A stretch of 63,995 nt of DNA, counting the filler, from Stramenopiles sp. TOSAG23-2 (lineage: Eukaryota), in the NCBI GenBank assembly GCA_900128395.1. It is 7 parts of 7 records of this genome, joined end to end, with 100 filler letters (N's around TTAATTAATTAA, not from the genome) between each part and the next. Parts side by side here need not be neighbours in the genome. Positions count along the whole stretch, not along the records: positions 62,408 to 63,995 come from LT652646.1; 6 more parts are not named here. The stretch is one strand, 5' to 3'. A program made the translations under genes and the position numbers. Positions 62,709-63,995 of this stretch are shown piece after piece. Within the stretch, counting starts at the first letter, position 1. Every line of letters starts with the position of its first letter. Below the pieces are notes generated by a model. The model was not told the DNA's origin. It worked only from the letters and a program-made list of their open reading frames with translations, and made no database searches.

Positions 62709-63615
62709 TTATTTTTTACGAGTACTATAATACCCATCATCAGCTTCTCGTTCCTCCTCCTCTTCATCGTCGTCAAAATCAGAGGAATACACTTCATCGT
62801 CCTCCTCATCATTACTATTATTATCATGAACAATCATATTGGTTTCACTACCATGCCCACCTTCAGACATAAAATTTGCAGTCCAATTTCCACACAAAAA
62901 TGAATGTTCTCGTAATTCAACAGCAGTAGCTCGTTTTTTTGGATCACGCACAAAACAATTATCCGTAAAATCTTTTAAATCCTCCCTTGGTTTGAAATTA
63001 TCTGGATATTCTGGGCATCCATTATTGACCATTTGAAACATAGCTTGTACTGCACCATATTTTGCATATGGACAAACCCCAGTAGCAAGTTGATAAACTG
63101 TACAACCTAAGCTCCATATGTCAGCACTGTAACTATAAGGCTCAACCAATATAACTTCTGGCGCTGTATACCACGGTGTACCAACACAACTGCGCTGTTT
63201 AGTATTTAATCCACATACTTGCGTTGAAATATCAAAGTCTGCAATTTTCACGACACCTTTTCTTGAAAATAAAATATTTGCCGGCTTCAAATCACGATGT
63301 ATTACATGTTGTGAATGTAAGTAAACTAAGCCGTCCACAATTTGTGTTACTATACGCACTAATTCATCATATTTAATCCCTTTTGGAAAACGTTTTACTG
63401 CATCAGCTAATGATCCACCATCAACATATTCCATCAATATATGGTATTCTTTACGCCGTTTAGAAAAATGCATACCACGATAGGAAACAATATTTCGATG
63501 GCTTAAGCGTTTTAATGTTTCCACTTCCAATCGTAACACACGTCCAATTTCATCTACACTACTTTGTTTACCACCACGTGTTTGCAATTGTTTCACCGCA
63601 ACTAAGTCAAACATC

Positions 63616-63657
<42 letters not shown>

Positions 63658-63957
63658 TTGCTTTCGAATAATTTTGCAAGATATACTTTTGCAGATGCAC
63701 CTCTACCCAACAATTTGACATATTCAAGTCTTCTACCACGAAGTGGATTTTCTATTCCATGTACATCAGACGCATGTCTTTTCAACTTGGTTTTCTTAAT
63801 TTGCTCCGTGCGTTGTTTGATAATTTTTTGTTTTTCAGCATCAAATTTTTTAACAATTACATTTGGTTTTGTCTTTTTAAATGAAATATTCTTATAATCA
63901 TATGATGTACTTGGTATGTTTGCTGCTGCTACTACTTTTGATTCAACTACGTCACCC
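62709..63957 (-). CDS. STE-group (MAP3K / Cdc15-like) Ser/Thr kinase, 5' end disrupted by a duplication junction
   Basis: LGRGASAKV, VAVKQ, MEYVDGGSL, HRDLKPAN, DFD, GTPWYTAPE and ADIWSLGCT motifs; acidic tail. Confidence 0.88.
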
Positions 63958-63995
63958 ACATAAAATTTGCAGTCCAATTTCCACACAAAAATGAA
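63958..63995. repeat. Exact copy of 62867-62904 (end of kinase domain) running off the window edge
   Basis: ACATAAAATTTGCAGTCCAATTTCCACACAAAAATGAA at both positions, offset 1091. Confidence 0.95.

Overview
AT-rich eukaryotic nuclear DNA from a flagellated protist. A heterotrophic stramenopile-like SAG/MAG is my best inference, but the taxon is not proven. The window is seven contigs joined by artificial 100-nt spacers (N44-TTAATTAATTAA-N44). The genome is compact and intron-poor and uses the standard code; the five resolved introns all have GTAAGT donors. Recognisable genes: NPC-type phosphoesterase with ricin-B domain, PAQR, PPAN/SSF1, TMED10, thymidine kinase, ELF1, CaiB/BaiF CoA-transferase, a DAK2(FakA)-DegV(FakB) fusion, an LRR-MyTH4-FERM protein, SNU114, ARM, ankyrin and RCC1 proteins, SRP9, PSMD5, FPPS, a class III cyclase and an STE-type kinase. 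Most notable: (1) an intron-containing, probably membrane-anchored bacterial-type fatty-acid-kinase FakA-FakB fusion, head-to-head with a CoA-transferase; (2) an unannotated H/ACA snoRNA in the ELF1 intron whose 3' pocket matches the snR10/SNORA21 target; (3) a dynein heavy chain collapsed to ~460 bp and a cyclase with its catalytic segment deleted; (4) apparent non-coding grammar, with TACG-rich 3' regions, a dispersed ~50-bp GAGTAA(A/G)AGAAA element, and GC-rich stutter repeats plus AATAGCA upstream of genes. No database searches were run; all calls rest on motif recognition.
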